DNA of 64,000 bases. Origin: an uncultured Verrucomicrobiae bacterium (GTDB taxonomy: Bacteria; Verrucomicrobiota; Verrucomicrobiia; Chthoniobacterales; UBA10450). A program made the translations under genes and the position numbers. The stretch is from positions 1,100,820 to 1,164,819 of the forward strand of contig CAWFNX010000001.1 of the NCBI GenBank assembly GCA_963817335.1, given 5' to 3'. Positions 63,193 through 64,000 of this stretch are shown here, piece by piece. The notes under the pieces were generated by a model, which saw nothing but the letters and a program-made list of their open reading frames with translations, was not told where the DNA came from and did no database searches. Each line of letters begins with the position of its first letter. Position 1 is the stretch's first letter.

Positions 63193-64000
63193 TTCGATGC
63201 CTCCTTATCGTACGTTACTTTTGCGCCGTCTTTCAGTTTGCGGCTGATGGCGCTGTAGCTGCCGGAAATGACTTCGTCGCCGGACTGGACCCCGCTTTTG
63301 ATTTCCATGTAGGTGTCGTCAGAAATTCCGGTCGTGACTTTCACCGATTGCGCTTTGCCGCCTTTTTTCAAAAAGACGACCTTCGAAAGTTTTTCGCGCT
63401 CCTCTCTCTGCGCTGCTTTTTCCTGCTTCTCATTGACGAAGTCGGCGTTGTTATCGCCCTTATCACGCGCATTTGCCTTGAGTTTTCGATTCTCAATTTC
63501 TTCCGGGCTCAAATTGCTCTCACCGGTCCGAATCGTGACTGCTTGCATCGGAACCGCCACTGCGTCTTTCACTATGTTCGTCTCAATGTCGGCGGTGCAA
63601 CTTAATCCTGGTTTCAACGGCACATCGTGGTCGTCGATGCGCACCTTGACTTGAAAATTCGTTACCTCTTCCTGCGTGCCCGAGCCAGTGGTCGTCCCAG
63701 TGTTCGCGATCTGGTAAACCGTTCCGTGGAATTTGCGATCGCCGTAAGCATCGATTTTCACATTCGCCTTGTCGCCGACCTTCACGTTCACGACGTCGTT
63801 TTCGTTCACATCGACGCGCGCCTCCATGTGATTGAGGTCGGCCACGCGCATTACTTCAGTTCCGGCAAATTGGCCGGTGGCAACGATTCGCTCCCCAAGT
63901 TTGCTGTTCAGGATGGTGATCGTTCCGTCGATCGGCGAATAAACCGTGGTCTTGGAAAGTTGGTCCCGGGCCTGACTTGAGCCCGCTTCCGCCCGTTCGA
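63189..64000 (-). CDS. Efflux transporter periplasmic adaptor subunit (MacA/HlyD family), 5' end outside window
   Basis: The frame stays open upstream of the listed Met to the window edge (…TTVYSPIDGTITILNSKLGERIVATGQFAGTEVMRVADL…), which is typical membrane-fusion-protein beta-barrel/lipoyl sequence. Confidence 0.8.
   Translation of the reverse strand, partial: ERAEAGSSQARDQLSKTTVYSPIDGTITILNSKLGERIVATGQFAGTEVMRVADLNHMEARVDVNENDVVNVKVGDKANVKIDAYGDRKFHGTVYQIANTGTTTGSGTQEEVTNFQVKVRIDDHDVPLKPGLSCTADIETNIVKDAVAVPMQAVTIRTGESNLSPEEIENRKLKANARDKGDNNADFVNEKQEKAAQREEREKLSKVVFLKKGGKAQSVKVTTGISDDTYMEIKSGVQSGDEVISGSYSAISRKLKDGAKVTYDKEASK

Overview
This is a 64-kb chromosomal segment with about 62 protein-coding genes and one tRNA-Arg(ACG). 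I saw no rRNA, CRISPR array, prophage or integrase. Gene content (DUF4388 regulators, an S46 peptidase, a LAB_N/GT2/GT39 envelope-glycan set, a Pup-ligase homologue) suggests a soil Verrucomicrobiota/PVC-type bacterium; this is inference only. Housekeeping genes are queA, zwf-opcA, glyA, ispH, ku, accB-accC, thiE and purB. They are interspersed with an aminosugar/polyprenyl-phosphate glycosylation cassette, a YtrA-type GntR-ABC module followed by three tandem membrane-anchored MDR dehydrogenases, an ABC-exporter/acetyltransferase/GT-like/PDZ-protease array, and a MacAB-like efflux operon. The most distinctive feature is the non-coding layer. A REP-associated tyrosine transposase (RAYT) gene is bracketed by its own 54-bp palindromic elements. 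At least twelve GTAG...CTAC double-hairpin elements in three families lie in the first 35 kb, and seven of them supply the TAG stop codon of the adjacent gene. Other palindromic repeats are inserted in frame inside queA and an RluA-family gene. Low-complexity, k-mer-built hairpins fill intra-operon spacers (accB-accC, macA-ATPase, permease-permease). Other items worth follow-up are an in-frame LMW phosphatase-SHMT fusion, an orphan Pup-ligase/Dop-family gene translationally coupled to a TonB-C protein with no Pup/UBact or proteasome genes nearby, and an active/degenerate PDZ-protease pair. All functional calls rest on motif recognition by eye, and start codons are approximate.
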